Positions 1 to 9,926 of a stretch of DNA of 64,000 nucleotides are shown piece by piece (the first letter of the stretch is position 1; every line of letters begins with the position of its first letter). The translations under genes and the position numbers were made by a program. The notes beneath the pieces are model-generated. The model was not told where the DNA came from. It ran no database searches and saw only the letters and a list, made by a program, of their open reading frames with translations. Location of the stretch: positions 882 through 64,881 of the forward strand of contig JBIIRM010000005.1 in NCBI GenBank assembly GCA_044341565.1. Direction: 5' to 3'. The DNA comes from Minisyncoccia bacterium. GTDB taxonomy: Bacteria > Patescibacteriota > Minisyncoccia > SW-4-49-11.

Positions 1-1759
1 ATGTAACCCATGGCCATGATGGGTTGGTCCGTGTAACCGTATCTGTAATTAAAGTATTTGCTTGTGTACTTGTATTAGCCCCAACTGATGTGAATTGCGC
101 TCCTCCAATATTTAGAGATGATATCCCCGCTGGCATTTCTATTTGATGCCCCATAGCCATAGTTGTATATCCTGTTGTAGCATTCTGTGAAGAATACGTC
201 TGAATAAATCGATTATTCACTGGGTCCATTACATTTTGCGTTCCAGTATACTGATGACTAGCTGCACTATTGTTTGTTGCACTACTATTTGAATCATATA
301 ATTTGGAGATACCATCTGCACTTAAAATTTGAACCCTACCAGAAGGCCAAATTGACCATCCTGAAACTGGAATAGCACTAGCTGTTCTCCCTGAAAAATA
401 CAACTTATTATTATAATTAGTAAAATCAATAGTACCAGAATTATTAATCCCCCCACCAGCTAAAGTTCTTCCCCATAACAAATTTAGCCCTGAATCAATT
501 GACCATAATCTTCCATCTCCATCGCCAACTACAAATAATTGTCCAGAGCTATCTATAGTTGCTTTTTTAAAAGTAATATTAGAAGATGCACTATATACAT
601 TAATACTATTGACTGTTGAAATATCTAAGGGGAATTGGGCAACGAATCCTTGATTGCTCGTATATATTCCAACTGCTAAAATTGATGTCCCCGTAAATAC
701 AATATCCTGAATTTGTGTACTTACAGCCTCAGTAAATCCTCGGAAAGCATCAATATTTCCTGTTGAAGAAGCTATTTTAGCAATATATCCATCTCTATCT
801 GATGTAGAGCCATATACATAGAGACTGTCATTAGAAGCATTATATTTCATACCTATTACTCTTCGCCCCCCCCCTGAAGATATATTTCTTAAGAAATTTC
901 TTTGCCATTTAATATTCCCCTGATTATCCAATGCCCAAATCGGGATACTATTACCACCAGTAGCAAAATAAAAGGAAATAAATAGATCATTATTAGCCCC
1001 CACGGCTAACACCGGAGTTACACTTGAAAGACCCAATGAGTCTCCTATACTAGGAGATAAAAATCTACTCCATAAAACAACTCCTGTTGCGTCTCTTCTC
1101 ACAATAGCTAATTGTGCTGCAGTCGAAGGAGATTGATAAAAATGAAACACCTGATATGACCCCCCATCCGAAGTTAAAATAATATTTCCTTGAGCATCAT
1201 AGGAGGCAGATCCTATAGTAGCCGCTGTTGTTAGTCTAGACACCCAAATTTGTGGTATTGGAGGTGTTGGAGGTACTACAGATAAAGGGTTTACTACTAA
1301 TGTCTGAGATAATTCTCCATTTAATGCATTAACACTAATTCTATTATTTGTACTATTCCTTGCCACATAATATCCTGTATTTGATCCTGTTGATTGTGGA
1401 TCTCTTGGCATTCCTGCTATATAGGTTGGAATTAATGGTCTTAAATCTAATTTTCCTGTGCAATCTACACTAGGAGGATCTGTTAATAGATCTGTACTAC
1501 TTTTTCGTCCTGTTGCACATACTTCTTGATAACTATCTGTTATTCCTACAGGATATGACCCTGTGTCTATTAATATTTGTTCTAATCCTTTATTTATAGT
1601 ATTTATATCTATTTTCCTTTGTGCATTCCTTGCTTGTGCTAATTGTCTATTTGGGTTTATAGCTATCAATACTATTGCTGCCAATATCCCTATTACAGCT
1701 ATTACTAACAATATTTCTAACAATGTAAATCCTTTACTTACTCTTATTGTCCTTCTCAT
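1..1759 (-). CDS. Type IV pilin-like protein with long beta-rich C-terminal domain (3' end runs off the window; missing from ORF track)
   Basis: Manual translation from ATG at 1759: MRRTIRVSKG|FTLLEILLVIAVIGILAAIVLIAINPNRQLAQARNAQRK (prepilin cleavage/methylation motif). Frame stays open to window start; C-terminal part is Ser/Thr/Gly-rich with propeller-like W-x-R repeats. Confidence 0.88.
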   Translation of the reverse strand, partial: MRRTIRVSKGFTLLEILLVIAVIGILAAIVLIAINPNRQLAQARNAQRKIDINTINKGLEQILIDTGSYPVGITDSYQEVCATGRKSSTDLLTDPPSVDCTGKLDLRPLIPTYIAGMPRDPQSTGSNTGYYVARNSTNNRISVNALNGELSQTLVVNPLSVVPPTPPIPQIWVSRLTTAATIGSASYDAQGNIILTSDGGSYQVFHFYQSPSTAAQLAIVRRDATGVVLWSRFLSPSIGDSLGLSSVTPVLAVGANNDLFISFYFATGGNSIPIWALDNQGNIKWQRNFLRNISSGGGRRVIGMKYNASNDSLYVYGSTSDRDGYIAKIASSTGNIDAFRGFTEAVSTQIQDIVFTGTSILAVGIYTSNQGFVAQFPLDISTVNSINVYSASSNITFKKATIDSSGQLFVVGDGDGRLWSIDSGLNLLWGRTLAGGGINNSGTIDFTNYNNKLYFSGRTASAIPVSGWSIWPSGRVQILSADGISKLYDSNSSATNNSAASHQYTGTQNVMDPVNNRFIQTYSSQNATTGYTTMAMGHQIEMPAGISSLNIGGAQFTSVGANTSTQANTLITDTVTRTNPSWPWVT

Positions 1760-1805
1760 TTTTTTATTTTATTATGTTGTTTTTATTATACCATATTCGA
1801 AGATA

Positions 1806-2531
1806 TTATAGATAATCTAAAATTTTATCATACTGTAAGAAGTCTAGTCCACTGAATAAATATCTTGCCATTATTTCTAAACTATTGGTGACAAATAATA
1901 CCCCAATTAATACCAAGAATATTCCACTAATAATTCTAATTATAGGAGTTATATGCTCTATTTTTTGTAATACTTCCCGCCCTTGGGCCAATAATAAAGC
2001 TGTCAGTAAAAATGGTACAGCAAGTCCAATGGAGAATATAAACATCAGAAAAGCACCCTGTAATACTGTCCCATCATTGATAAGAAAAGTAAGTATAGTG
2101 CCTAGTATTGGTCCTATACAAGGGGTCCAGCCAATTCCTAAAAGTACCCCTAATAATACAGAGCTCTGTGCTGTTCCGGCTCTCAATGATTTGATACGAG
2201 GAGTCCAGGTTTTTTGGAATAATGCAAATCGGAATAATCCTATCATTTCTAATCCCCAAATAATAATTATTATTCCAGCGATACGAGAAATAAGTAGTCG
2301 GGTTTCTGCATTTAATAACCCAGCTAAGCTCGTTGCAAAAATTCCTAATGTCACAAATACACCCATAAACCCTAATACAAATAGGGCTCCATTGCGTATA
2401 GTTTGGAATCTATTTAATTTTCCATCCCCGGTTATAAAGCCAATATAGGCCGGTATAAGAGGAAATGTACAAGGAGCAAGAAATGTGAACATACCTGCCA
2501 CAAAACTTGCCCCGATTAATGAACTGGTCAT
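1806..2531 (-). CDS. ccdA: CcdA/DsbD-type transmembrane thiol-disulfide electron transporter
   Basis: FLAPCTFPLIP and GWTPCIGPILG motifs, about 6 TM helices. Confidence 0.9.
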   Translation of the reverse strand: MTSSLIGASFVAGMFTFLAPCTFPLIPAYIGFITGDGKLNRFQTIRNGALFVLGFMGVFVTLGIFATSLAGLLNAETRLLISRIAGIIIIIWGLEMIGLFRFALFQKTWTPRIKSLRAGTAQSSVLLGVLLGIGWTPCIGPILGTILTFLINDGTVLQGAFLMFIFSIGLAVPFLLTALLLAQGREVLQKIEHITPIIRIISGIFLVLIGVLFVTNSLEIMARYLFSGLDFLQYDKILDYL

Positions 2532-2537
2532 AGTAAT

Positions 2538-3716
2538 TTATTTGTTTCGATATTCTATTATCAATGCTCCGAGTGAAGTATATACTACTACCAATCCTAT
2601 GATGAACCCTACAATTGGAACCCATGCCAAGAAGGATAATAATACATATATTCCTAATGCAATGAAATATATTTGCCAATCATTTTTTCCAAATTGATAT
2701 GTTCTATGTAACCATTGAGCAGTTACAATACTTGCTATTGCTTGAGAAAATATAATTAATGAAATATAGGCAAATAATGTAAATAGAGCTAATGGAATAC
2801 CAATAATAGTAATTATAAGTAATAGAATCACCATGATTGGTATAAAGAATAATAATGCCCCATATCCAAAAGCTCTGAATCCCTCTTCCCAATTAGAAAC
2901 CCTTTTTACTGATTTTTGAATGAATTTTTTATTGAAATTGAATATGAGAGCAATTACAAGAGCTGCTGAGAGCACCTCCCATACGAGGAATCCCGAGAAG
3001 GCTTTGGCTGCCATACCCTTTTTATCCCCTTTATCTTTTAAGAGCTCAGCATCAAATGTTGCTTTTGCTCCTTCTGCAAGATTTGGTTTGAGATCTAATT
3101 CTTTGGTAAATCCATAGGTTACATTACCTCCAAATCGAGATGATTCACTAATATCTACGGTTTGACTTGCAACAAAAGTTGTTTTACCTCCCAAATTTCC
3201 ATCTAGAGCAAAATCTGCTGTTCTGATATTACTATCTCCTTGTACTTCTCCTGTAATGGTAGTATTCTCAGAAGCTACTTTAATATTCCCCTTTACTGTT
3301 CCATCTAATTTGAGCTGAGATACAAAAGCAATAATATCTCCAGAAATAGTTACATCTTTATCTATAATTAAGGTTTGGGCAAATACAATTACATCTCCTT
3401 TCACATTACCTTTGATAGTAACATTAGAGGCTGCAATTCTGACATCATCCCCAATATCTGTATTAACAGCAACAGAATCTCCTGCCACTATTAAATCTTG
3501 CGAGATAGTAGCGTCAATATCTACTTTCCCTGCTGCAATTACAGCATCGCCCTCTATTGGGCTATCTATTTGTACTGTCTGACCAGCTAAATAAGCATCT
3601 CCCTGAACTTTTTCTTTTGGATTAACAATATCACCAGAATCTAATAATAAAGCAGAAGCTGACTGAGTTCCAAATAGTACTATTATAGCTACCAGTGCAA
3701 TAAGATATTTTTTCAT
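2538..3716 (-). CDS. Exported bactofilin-like beta-helix repeat protein with C-terminal multi-TM domain
   Basis: Signal peptide MKKYLIAL (likely start 3716), repeated (V/I)xGD(A/V/L) units, hydrophobic C-terminus. Confidence 0.75.
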   Translation of the reverse strand: MKKYLIALVAIIVLFGTQSASALLLDSGDIVNPKEKVQGDAYLAGQTVQIDSPIEGDAVIAAGKVDIDATISQDLIVAGDSVAVNTDIGDDVRIAASNVTIKGNVKGDVIVFAQTLIIDKDVTISGDIIAFVSQLKLDGTVKGNIKVASENTTITGEVQGDSNIRTADFALDGNLGGKTTFVASQTVDISESSRFGGNVTYGFTKELDLKPNLAEGAKATFDAELLKDKGDKKGMAAKAFSGFLVWEVLSAALVIALIFNFNKKFIQKSVKRVSNWEEGFRAFGYGALLFFIPIMVILLLIITIIGIPLALFTLFAYISLIIFSQAIASIVTAQWLHRTYQFGKNDWQIYFIALGIYVLLSFLAWVPIVGFIIGLVVVYTSLGALIIEYRNK

Positions 3717-3809
3717 AGCAGTATTCTTATTAATATATGTATAGTATACACCTTCTAGTAATAATTCCAAAATGGGAGTATAGTATAGCAAGAATTAAGA
3801 TAAAAATAT

Positions 3810-4814
3810 ATGAAATTACTTGCCTTCGAAATCGACGAATCAGAAAAAGTATATTTAGAAAATCATTTACCCGACTCTCTACCCCGAGAATATTATTCAG
3901 ATATATTGAAGCTGGAAGATTTAGAGGAAAAACAAGATACCACACATCTTGCAGTATTCGTATACTCTCAAGTAACTGCCCAAATTCTAGAAAAGCTCCC
4001 AAACTTGAAGGCAATATTCACTATGTCTACAGGATATGATCATATTGATATTGCAGCTGCCCAGGCTCGCGGAATTAGCGTACATTCTGTACCATTTTAT
4101 GGCGAGAATACCGTAGCCGAGCATACTTTTGCTCTAATATTAGCTTTGTCTCGACAAGTTGTACCATCTGTTGCTCGTACTCGTACTTTTGATTTTAATC
4201 CTGCTGGACTAGAAGGATTTGACCTCAAGGGGAAAACTCTCGGGATTATTGGTATGGGACATATTGGGTCTTTTGTCGCTCGTATTGCCAAAGGGTTTAA
4301 TATGAATATTCTTGCCTATGACCCCTTCCCTAAACCGGAACGAGCAACAGAAATTGGATTTACTTATACCAGTCTCGAGGAATTACTCCCTCAATCAGAT
4401 ATTATCACCCTACACACAGCCTATAGACCTGAGACACATCATATTATTAATCAGGAATCTATACAATTATTCAAGAGAGGTTCTTATCTCATTAATACTG
4501 CGCGTGGAGGACTTGTTGAAACATCTGCTATTATTAAAGGACTTGAAGATGGCATTCTGGCTGGAGCGGGTCTTGATGTACTCGAAGAAGAATGTTTTAT
4601 TAAAGAGGAAAAAGAATTATTATCACAGTCTTTCCTCAAAACCTGTGATCTTGCAACAGTGGTACAAGATCATCTCCTTATTCAAGATTCCCGTGTTATT
4701 GTAACCCCTCATAATGCCTTTAATTCTCGTGAGGCACTTGAGAGAATTCTCGAGACAACGGTTACGAATATTAAATCTCAATTAGAGAATAATCTTGTGA
4801 ATCAGATACAATAA
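3810..4814 (+). CDS. D-isomer-specific 2-hydroxyacid dehydrogenase (D-lactate dehydrogenase-like)
   Basis: STGYDHID, GIIGMGHIG (Rossmann), INTARGGLV, GLDVLEEE, TPHNAF motifs. Confidence 0.9.
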   Translation: MKLLAFEIDESEKVYLENHLPDSLPREYYSDILKLEDLEEKQDTTHLAVFVYSQVTAQILEKLPNLKAIFTMSTGYDHIDIAAAQARGISVHSVPFYGENTVAEHTFALILALSRQVVPSVARTRTFDFNPAGLEGFDLKGKTLGIIGMGHIGSFVARIAKGFNMNILAYDPFPKPERATEIGFTYTSLEELLPQSDIITLHTAYRPETHHIINQESIQLFKRGSYLINTARGGLVETSAIIKGLEDGILAGAGLDVLEEECFIKEEKELLSQSFLKTCDLATVVQDHLLIQDSRVIVTPHNAFNSREALERILETTVTNIKSQLENNLVNQIQ

Positions 4815-4840
4815 AAGAGGGGGAAATACCCCTCTTTTAT
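4811..4840. terminator. Bidirectional rho-independent terminator
   Basis: ataaaagagggg-gaaata-cccctcttttat inverted repeat between convergent genes. Confidence 0.85.
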
Positions 4841-4851
4841 TGTATGAACTC

Positions 4852-5283
4852 CTATCCTCGATTAAGACTAATTACCTTTTTAGATGAGCTAGATTTTTGC
4901 TCTATACGAATGGTAATAATTCCATCCTTATAATCAGCTTTTACTGAATCTTCATCTATATCTCCCGGTAATTGTACTGATCGACTAAATGATTCCTTGG
5001 AAATTGACTTGAAGTAATAATGTCTGTTCTTATCTTCTTTTTCTTCCTCAGATGATACTTTTCCTTCTACAGTAAGCACTCTATTATCTAAAGTGATTTC
5101 TATATCATCTTCCTTGAATCCTGGGGCTTGTAGTTTTACTACTAACTCTGATCCTTCTTGATACATTTCTATATCATTAAAAGTTTTTGTAAAACTTGGA
5201 AAAGAAGTATCAAACATCTCGTCAAATAGCCTACTTGGACTAAGTTCAAATGTATTTAATGTAGGTAAATTACGAATTCTCAT
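4852..5283 (-). CDS. Hsp20/alpha-crystallin small heat-shock protein
   Basis: APGF..DIEI, FSRSVQLP, ADYKDGIITI motifs. Confidence 0.92.
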   Translation of the reverse strand: MRIRNLPTLNTFELSPSRLFDEMFDTSFPSFTKTFNDIEMYQEGSELVVKLQAPGFKEDDIEITLDNRVLTVEGKVSSEEEKEDKNRHYYFKSISKESFSRSVQLPGDIDEDSVKADYKDGIITIRIEQKSSSSKKVISLNRG

Positions 5284-5348
5284 ATATGTGATAGTTAATA
5301 CTACTACTATATGGTGTACACCATCTGGAGGTTTTCCTCCTTAATTAT

Positions 5349-5390
5349 ATTATAACTCTAAATTTAGCAGTGTCAAGAGTAGACTGCTAA
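5349..5390 (-). promoter_or_regulatory. CIRCE-like (HrcA) operator overlapping the sigma70 promoter of hsp20
   Basis: Minus strand TTAGCAGTC-N9-CACTGCTAA (5364-5390) vs consensus TTAGCACTC-N9-GAGTGCTAA; contains TTGACA (5371-5376) with TATAAT at 5349-5354. Confidence 0.8.
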
Positions 5391-5942
5391 TCACTTCACC
5401 ACAATTTCACTTAATATTTTTGCCCATTTAGAATCGAGAAAATGTCCACTATTTGGGATTGTTATTAATTCCCCTCCTAAATCTTTTGCAATATTCTGAG
5501 CCTGTATAAAAGGGATATTAGCATCATCCTCTGAACCCACTACTATTATCTTATCCTGTATATGTTGTTTAACTCGCTCAATATCAATGCTATGCTCAAA
5601 AAAATTAGCATAATTACCATCACGAAATTTTGCATTAGTGGTATTATTATCAAAAGGTCCTATGAGGACAATATTATCTACATGTAATTCTGTTTGCTCC
5701 AGGAATAATAATACTGCTCTCGTACCAAGACTATGTCCTACAAGAGTTAGCGTGTATTGAGCTTCTCTCACTGTCTGCTCTATAATAGGATACCATTCTG
5801 TAAAAACAGGATATTTACCTCCTGGTAAATCAAGAGTTATGGCTTCATTTCCCACTTCTGCTATCAATTGCCGAAATTCTGGATGCCAAATACTTTCACT
5901 ATTATGATTATATCCTGGTATATCTATGACGGTAATTGCCAT
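5391..5942 (-). CDS. YdeN/RBBP9-family alpha/beta hydrolase
   Basis: GHSLG nucleophile elbow, SEDD acid, GHF catalytic His. Confidence 0.85.
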   Translation of the reverse strand: MAITVIDIPGYNHNSESIWHPEFRQLIAEVGNEAITLDLPGGKYPVFTEWYPIIEQTVREAQYTLTLVGHSLGTRAVLLFLEQTELHVDNIVLIGPFDNNTTNAKFRDGNYANFFEHSIDIERVKQHIQDKIIVVGSEDDANIPFIQAQNIAKDLGGELITIPNSGHFLDSKWAKILSEIVVK

Positions 5943-6142
5943 TATTTTTGGAAATAATTAATAATTAATTGTATGAATCCGATAATAGTAATTACTATCC
6001 CTACTCCAATCAAAATAGGAAAAATAATCTGAGCAATAAATTGAGCCACAAAACAAAATACCGCAAGTCCCAAACCTCCCCAGATTAACCATTCTGGCTT
6101 TGTTTGTCCTTGAGTTTTCTTACCTACAACTTTAATTTCCAT
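5942..6142 (-). CDS. Small 2-TM hypothetical protein
   Basis: Two hydrophobic helices; stop overlaps start of downstream hydrolase. Confidence 0.65.
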   Translation of the reverse strand: MEIKVVGKKTQGQTKPEWLIWGGLGLAVFCFVAQFIAQIIFPILIGVGIVITIIGFIQLIINYFQK

Positions 6143-6284
6143 ATATGATATTCCTTAACCTATACTCATTATAACATATGCTTATAAAACCAAAAACCCC
6201 CACGAGGGGGGCTTGGTAAAAATATAAAAGAGCTTGAATAGTATAGCGATTTTATATAATTATGTCAAGAATAGGTTTTTATTC

Positions 6285-6722
6285 CTAATATTCCGGTGTG
6301 GTGGTACTTTCGGTTGACTCAGTAATAATATTACTGTTTTTATAATTTATGTAATATGCTAATATCATTACTATTAATGATATTAGCATAAGAAAATGAT
6401 ACAAATAATATGGATAAGGTGAGGTTGAGTATACAAACATCAAGACGTATGCTGCTAATATTTGTATTCCTAGTGATAATAAAATTAGATAAGTATTAGG
6501 CTTTATTGATACTCTTTCAATATCATTATCAATAATAATATGTACAATTGAAATAGATAGTAATATTATCAATGTCCATGGAAGCATATGAACCCAGATA
6601 GAAGCTGCGAAAGGTCCTACAAGAAGAAAAGGATATAAATATATTATTATATTATATACCAATAAAATAATAATCAATGTTGATCTATTCATTCCCTTAC
6701 TTTTGCTAAATGAATTGCTCAT
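6285..6722 (-). CDS. Hypothetical 4-TM membrane protein
   Basis: Hydrophobic ORF co-oriented with the cyclophilin gene. Confidence 0.6.
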   Translation of the reverse strand: MSNSFSKSKGMNRSTLIIILLVYNIIIYLYPFLLVGPFAASIWVHMLPWTLIILLSISIVHIIIDNDIERVSIKPNTYLILLSLGIQILAAYVLMFVYSTSPYPYYLYHFLMLISLIVMILAYYINYKNSNIITESTESTTTPEY

Positions 6723-6757
6723 ATGATATTTTATTTATTAGGTCTAAACGCACTCTA

Positions 6758-7405
6758 TTACTCTTTGGTAATTTTTGCTGAAATAATTTTTACATCTTCA
6801 ACAGGCCTATCTGATGAAGCAGTTGCTACATTTCCAATATTTTCTACAATATCTAGTCCTCCAATTACTTTCCCTGCATTAGTATGTACTCCATCTAGCC
6901 AAGGAGTTGAATCAGCTGTTACAATAAAGAATTGTGAACCATTAGTATCCGGTCCGGAATTAGCTAGAGCAAAACTTCCCTTTACAAGAGGTTCATCATT
7001 GAATTCATCATCATATTTTTCTCCAGCATCTCCAGTTCCATATAAAGCAGATTTGCTTGGGTCTTTGGTATTAGGGTCTCCTCCTTGTATCATAAAATCT
7101 TTTATCACTCGATGGAATATGGTATCATTATATACTCCATTGTTAGCGTATTTAGTAATATATTCTACTGTTTTAGGGGATAAATCTTTGAATAATTCGA
7201 TAGTTATTACTCCTTTGTTGGTGGTGAATTCAAGTATTGGTCGCTCTTTCATAATATCTTCATTTAATTTGGTAATTTGTTGAGTAGTATCGAGACTTGC
7301 TTTGATGGCATCATTTCCTTTTTGACTAAAATCTTGATTAATATACATTCCTACTCCTGCTACTATTAAAAAGATTCCTATTGCAAAATATCCTAATTTT
7401 CTCAT
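6758..7405 (-). CDS. Cyclophilin-type peptidyl-prolyl isomerase with N-terminal anchor
   Basis: FHRVIKDFMIQGGDP, ANSGPDTNGSQFFI, WLDGVHT. Confidence 0.95.
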   Translation of the reverse strand: MRKLGYFAIGIFLIVAGVGMYINQDFSQKGNDAIKASLDTTQQITKLNEDIMKERPILEFTTNKGVITIELFKDLSPKTVEYITKYANNGVYNDTIFHRVIKDFMIQGGDPNTKDPSKSALYGTGDAGEKYDDEFNDEPLVKGSFALANSGPDTNGSQFFIVTADSTPWLDGVHTNAGKVIGGLDIVENIGNVATASSDRPVEDVKIISAKITKE

Positions 7406-7474
7406 ATCTGTATCTATTATTCATATTGGTATGAATATAGTATATCATAAAAAGTTTTTATCCAAAAAGAATCT

Positions 7475-8146
7475 CTATTTCTCCAAATGAGAATAATCAT
7501 TATACACCCATACTCTCCAACCAGTATAAGGGTATTCTGGACTATATTGTAAAATTGTGAGTCCGGTATTCTCTATCCAATACTGCTCTTGTAATCGAGT
7601 ATATAATTCGGGATTAATACTATCCCCTAAAATCGCTCTAATAATTAATGTATTGAGGAAAAATTGATGAGTGACAACTCCTATATTTTGTTCTGGTCTT
7701 GATTGCAATAATTCTAAAGCCTTATCTGCTCGAGTAATAAGAGTATCATAACTATCTCCATCTTCTACCTGCTCACCTGAATTAAATAAACTATGTTTCC
7801 AAGCTTTTTCTGTAGCTAATACGAGCTCATCACTACGTAATTTTCCAATAATAGAACTTGGTTTTTGTCTCTCTACCAACAAATCTGAATATTCAATATT
7901 ATAGTCCCTATCCTGACTAATAATTTCCGTTGTCTCCCGAGCTCGAGTTAAAGTACTAGATAATAATACATCTAATTCAAATTTAGCTATACGCTTAGCT
8001 AATCTTTGAGACTGCTCTCGCCCTAATTCCGTAAGATACTGTTCAGCTAAATGTATATCTTCATTAATAGAATCAAGATGTTGTATATTACCTTCACTTT
8101 GGCCATGCCGGAAAAAATAAATAGTTTTTTGTGATTTTGATTGCAT
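7475..8146 (-). CDS. Histidine phosphatase family protein
   Basis: FFRHGQSEGN, SSTLTRARET, VVTH motifs. Confidence 0.88.
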   Translation of the reverse strand: MQSKSQKTIYFFRHGQSEGNIQHLDSINEDIHLAEQYLTELGREQSQRLAKRIAKFELDVLLSSTLTRARETTEIISQDRDYNIEYSDLLVERQKPSSIIGKLRSDELVLATEKAWKHSLFNSGEQVEDGDSYDTLITRADKALELLQSRPEQNIGVVTHQFFLNTLIIRAILGDSINPELYTRLQEQYWIENTGLTILQYSPEYPYTGWRVWVYNDYSHLEK

Positions 8147-8159
8147 AATAAAAGGTTAG

Positions 8160-8232
8160 TGGACCGTACTGGGATCGAACCAGCGACCTCTTCCATGCCA
8201 TGGAAGCGCGCTACCAACTGCGCCAACGGCCC
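8160..8232 (-). tRNA. tRNA-Ala (GGC)
   Basis: GGGCCGTTGGCGCAGTTGGTAGCGCG-CTTCC-ATGGCAT-GGAAG-AGGTCGCTGGTTCGATCCCAGTACGGTCCA cloverleaf; CCA not encoded. Confidence 0.95.
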
Positions 8233-8330
8233 TTTTGTATATTATATCAGTATATAAAGTCTATTACAATATATTGAATTCTACCCAAATATATACTATA
8301 CTACATATACTTAGTAACTAATCTAATCAT

Positions 8331-8711
8331 ATGACTAGTAAAAATGCTTTTGGAATTATTATCATTGGAGTTGGAATAATATGGCTATTGGGTAGTTTTG
8401 GAGTTCCTACTCCAAAACTTGGAGATTGGCTACCTGTCTTATTTATTGCGGCTGGAGTTTGGAAATTATTAGAATCTCAATTCAAATCTATTACTTTTCC
8501 TATTATTCTCATTGGGATTGGAATAGTATTGGGACTGCTTCGATTAAATGTGATTACTTGGGACAAATTCTGGCTTGCTGTAGGGCCTGCTATTGTGATT
8601 TTAATCGGTATTAATATACTTACAAGTAAAAAACAGGATAAGGGGCACAAAGAGGCAAGAGTGGAGTCTAAAGCTACAGAAGCTAAGGCAAATGCTAAAG
8701 ACAAAGAATAA
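8331..8711 (+). CDS. LiaF/DUF5668-like small membrane protein
   Basis: Repeated G.I.IG.G..WLL ... WP..LI..G helical hairpins. Confidence 0.7.
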   Translation: MTSKNAFGIIIIGVGIIWLLGSFGVPTPKLGDWLPVLFIAAGVWKLLESQFKSITFPIILIGIGIVLGLLRLNVITWDKFWLAVGPAIVILIGINILTSKKQDKGHKEARVESKATEAKANAKDKE

Positions 8712-8716
8712 TTCTG

Positions 8717-8772
8717 TTGACATTTTTTTCATTTCAGTTCATACTAAATATATACTAAATAAATACTAAATA
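8717..8772 (+). promoter_or_regulatory. Sigma70 promoter of heliorhodopsin with three 11-bp-period direct repeats
   Basis: TTGACA (8717)-17 bp-CATACT (8740); ATACTAAATA at 8741, 8752 and 8763. Confidence 0.6.
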
Positions 8773-8773
8773 T

Positions 8774-9610
8774 ATGATTTCTTTCAAATTACACAATGGT
8801 TTTGATCGCCTCAAGATGTATAATGGATTCATGGGAGCTGTACATTTCTTCCAAGCTGGATTAATGTTATATATTTCTAAAGAATCTTTACTGCCTGTAT
8901 TTACCAATTATCTCAAATTTGATGCTACAAATCGTAGCGCTGTACCTATGCCAGTACAAGAAAAGTTATTTGATGTAAATATTGGACCAGCTGTTGCCCT
9001 ATTCTTATTATTATCAGCTATAGCCCATTTTATTACTATTTTACCAAGTGTATATCCTTGGTATATCAAAAATCTCAAGAAACATATTAATGTAATCCGA
9101 TGGTATGAATATGCTTTATCATCATCAATAATGATTGTAATAATAGGATTATTGGTTGGTATTTATGATTTCGCTACTCTCTTATTACTCTTTGGACTTA
9201 ATGCGAGTATGAATCTTTTTGGTCTTGTGATGGAGCAAATCAATCAAGATAGAAAAGAAGTAAATTGGCTTCCATATATATTTGGATGTATTGCCGGTAT
9301 AATCCCTTGGATTGTTATTTTCCTTCATTTCCAAGGAGCTCTTGCTAATGCCGATGTAGATGTGCCAAGTTTTGTATATTGGATTGTATTTTCATTATTT
9401 GCAGTATTTAATATATTTGCAATCAATATGTTCCTTCAATACAAAAAAGTTGGGCCTTGGAAATCATATGTATTTGGAGAAAAAATCTATGTTTTTCTAT
9501 CCCTATTTGCAAAAACATTATTAGCTTGGCAAGTATGGTCAGGAACTCTTAGGGGTCGTGAGAATGATGTATCAGCTGCTATTAACCATATTATTCACTT
9601 AATTTCATAG
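8774..9610 (+). CDS. Heliorhodopsin
   Basis: 7 TM; HFFQA, AIAHF, RWYEYALSSSIMI (counterion Glu) and LSLFAKTLLAWQV (SxxxK retinal lysine). Confidence 0.95.
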   Translation: MISFKLHNGFDRLKMYNGFMGAVHFFQAGLMLYISKESLLPVFTNYLKFDATNRSAVPMPVQEKLFDVNIGPAVALFLLLSAIAHFITILPSVYPWYIKNLKKHINVIRWYEYALSSSIMIVIIGLLVGIYDFATLLLLFGLNASMNLFGLVMEQINQDRKEVNWLPYIFGCIAGIIPWIVIFLHFQGALANADVDVPSFVYWIVFSLFAVFNIFAINMFLQYKKVGPWKSYVFGEKIYVFLSLFAKTLLAWQVWSGTLRGRENDVSAAINHIIHLIS

Positions 9611-9631
9611 CGTCAAAGAGAAATTAAGTAC

Positions 9632-9663
9632 TAAAAAAGCTCCGATTACTCGGAGCTTTTTTA
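9632..9663. terminator. Bidirectional terminator
   Basis: taaaaaagctccga-ttac-tcggagctttttta. Confidence 0.85.
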
Positions 9664-9674
9664 ATATCGAGGAC

Positions 9675-9926
9675 TTATTCTCGAGGCTTAGCAGGTTGAA
9701 TAGAGATTTCTCTTTCTAGAAGAGATGCTCCATCTAACTGTTGAATTGCTTTTTCAGCTTCTTCTTCTGTGGCAAATTCGACGAAACCGTAACCTTTGCT
9801 ACGTCCCTCTTCTTTGTCAAAGATGATTTTTGCTGAGACTACAGTCCCAACAGTCTCAAAAAGAGATTGTAAGTCCTGGTTTGTTGCTTTGTACGCAATA
9901 TTTCGTACAAATAGATTCTTGCTCAT
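9675..9926 (-). CDS. RRM RNA-binding protein
   Basis: LFVRNI (RNP2) and KGYGFVEF (RNP1). Confidence 0.93.
   Translation of the reverse strand: MSKNLFVRNIAYKATNQDLQSLFETVGTVVSAKIIFDKEEGRSKGYGFVEFATEEEAEKAIQQLDGASLLEREISIQPAKPRE

Noticed and set aside
1563-3117. Plus-strand ORFs 1563-1811, 1885-2448, 2485-2697, 2920-3117 and similar shadows elsewhere (6723-7283, 17147-17563, 25516-25824, 47846-48193, 62841-63098)
   Set aside because: They are antisense or alternate-frame shadows of well-supported genes.
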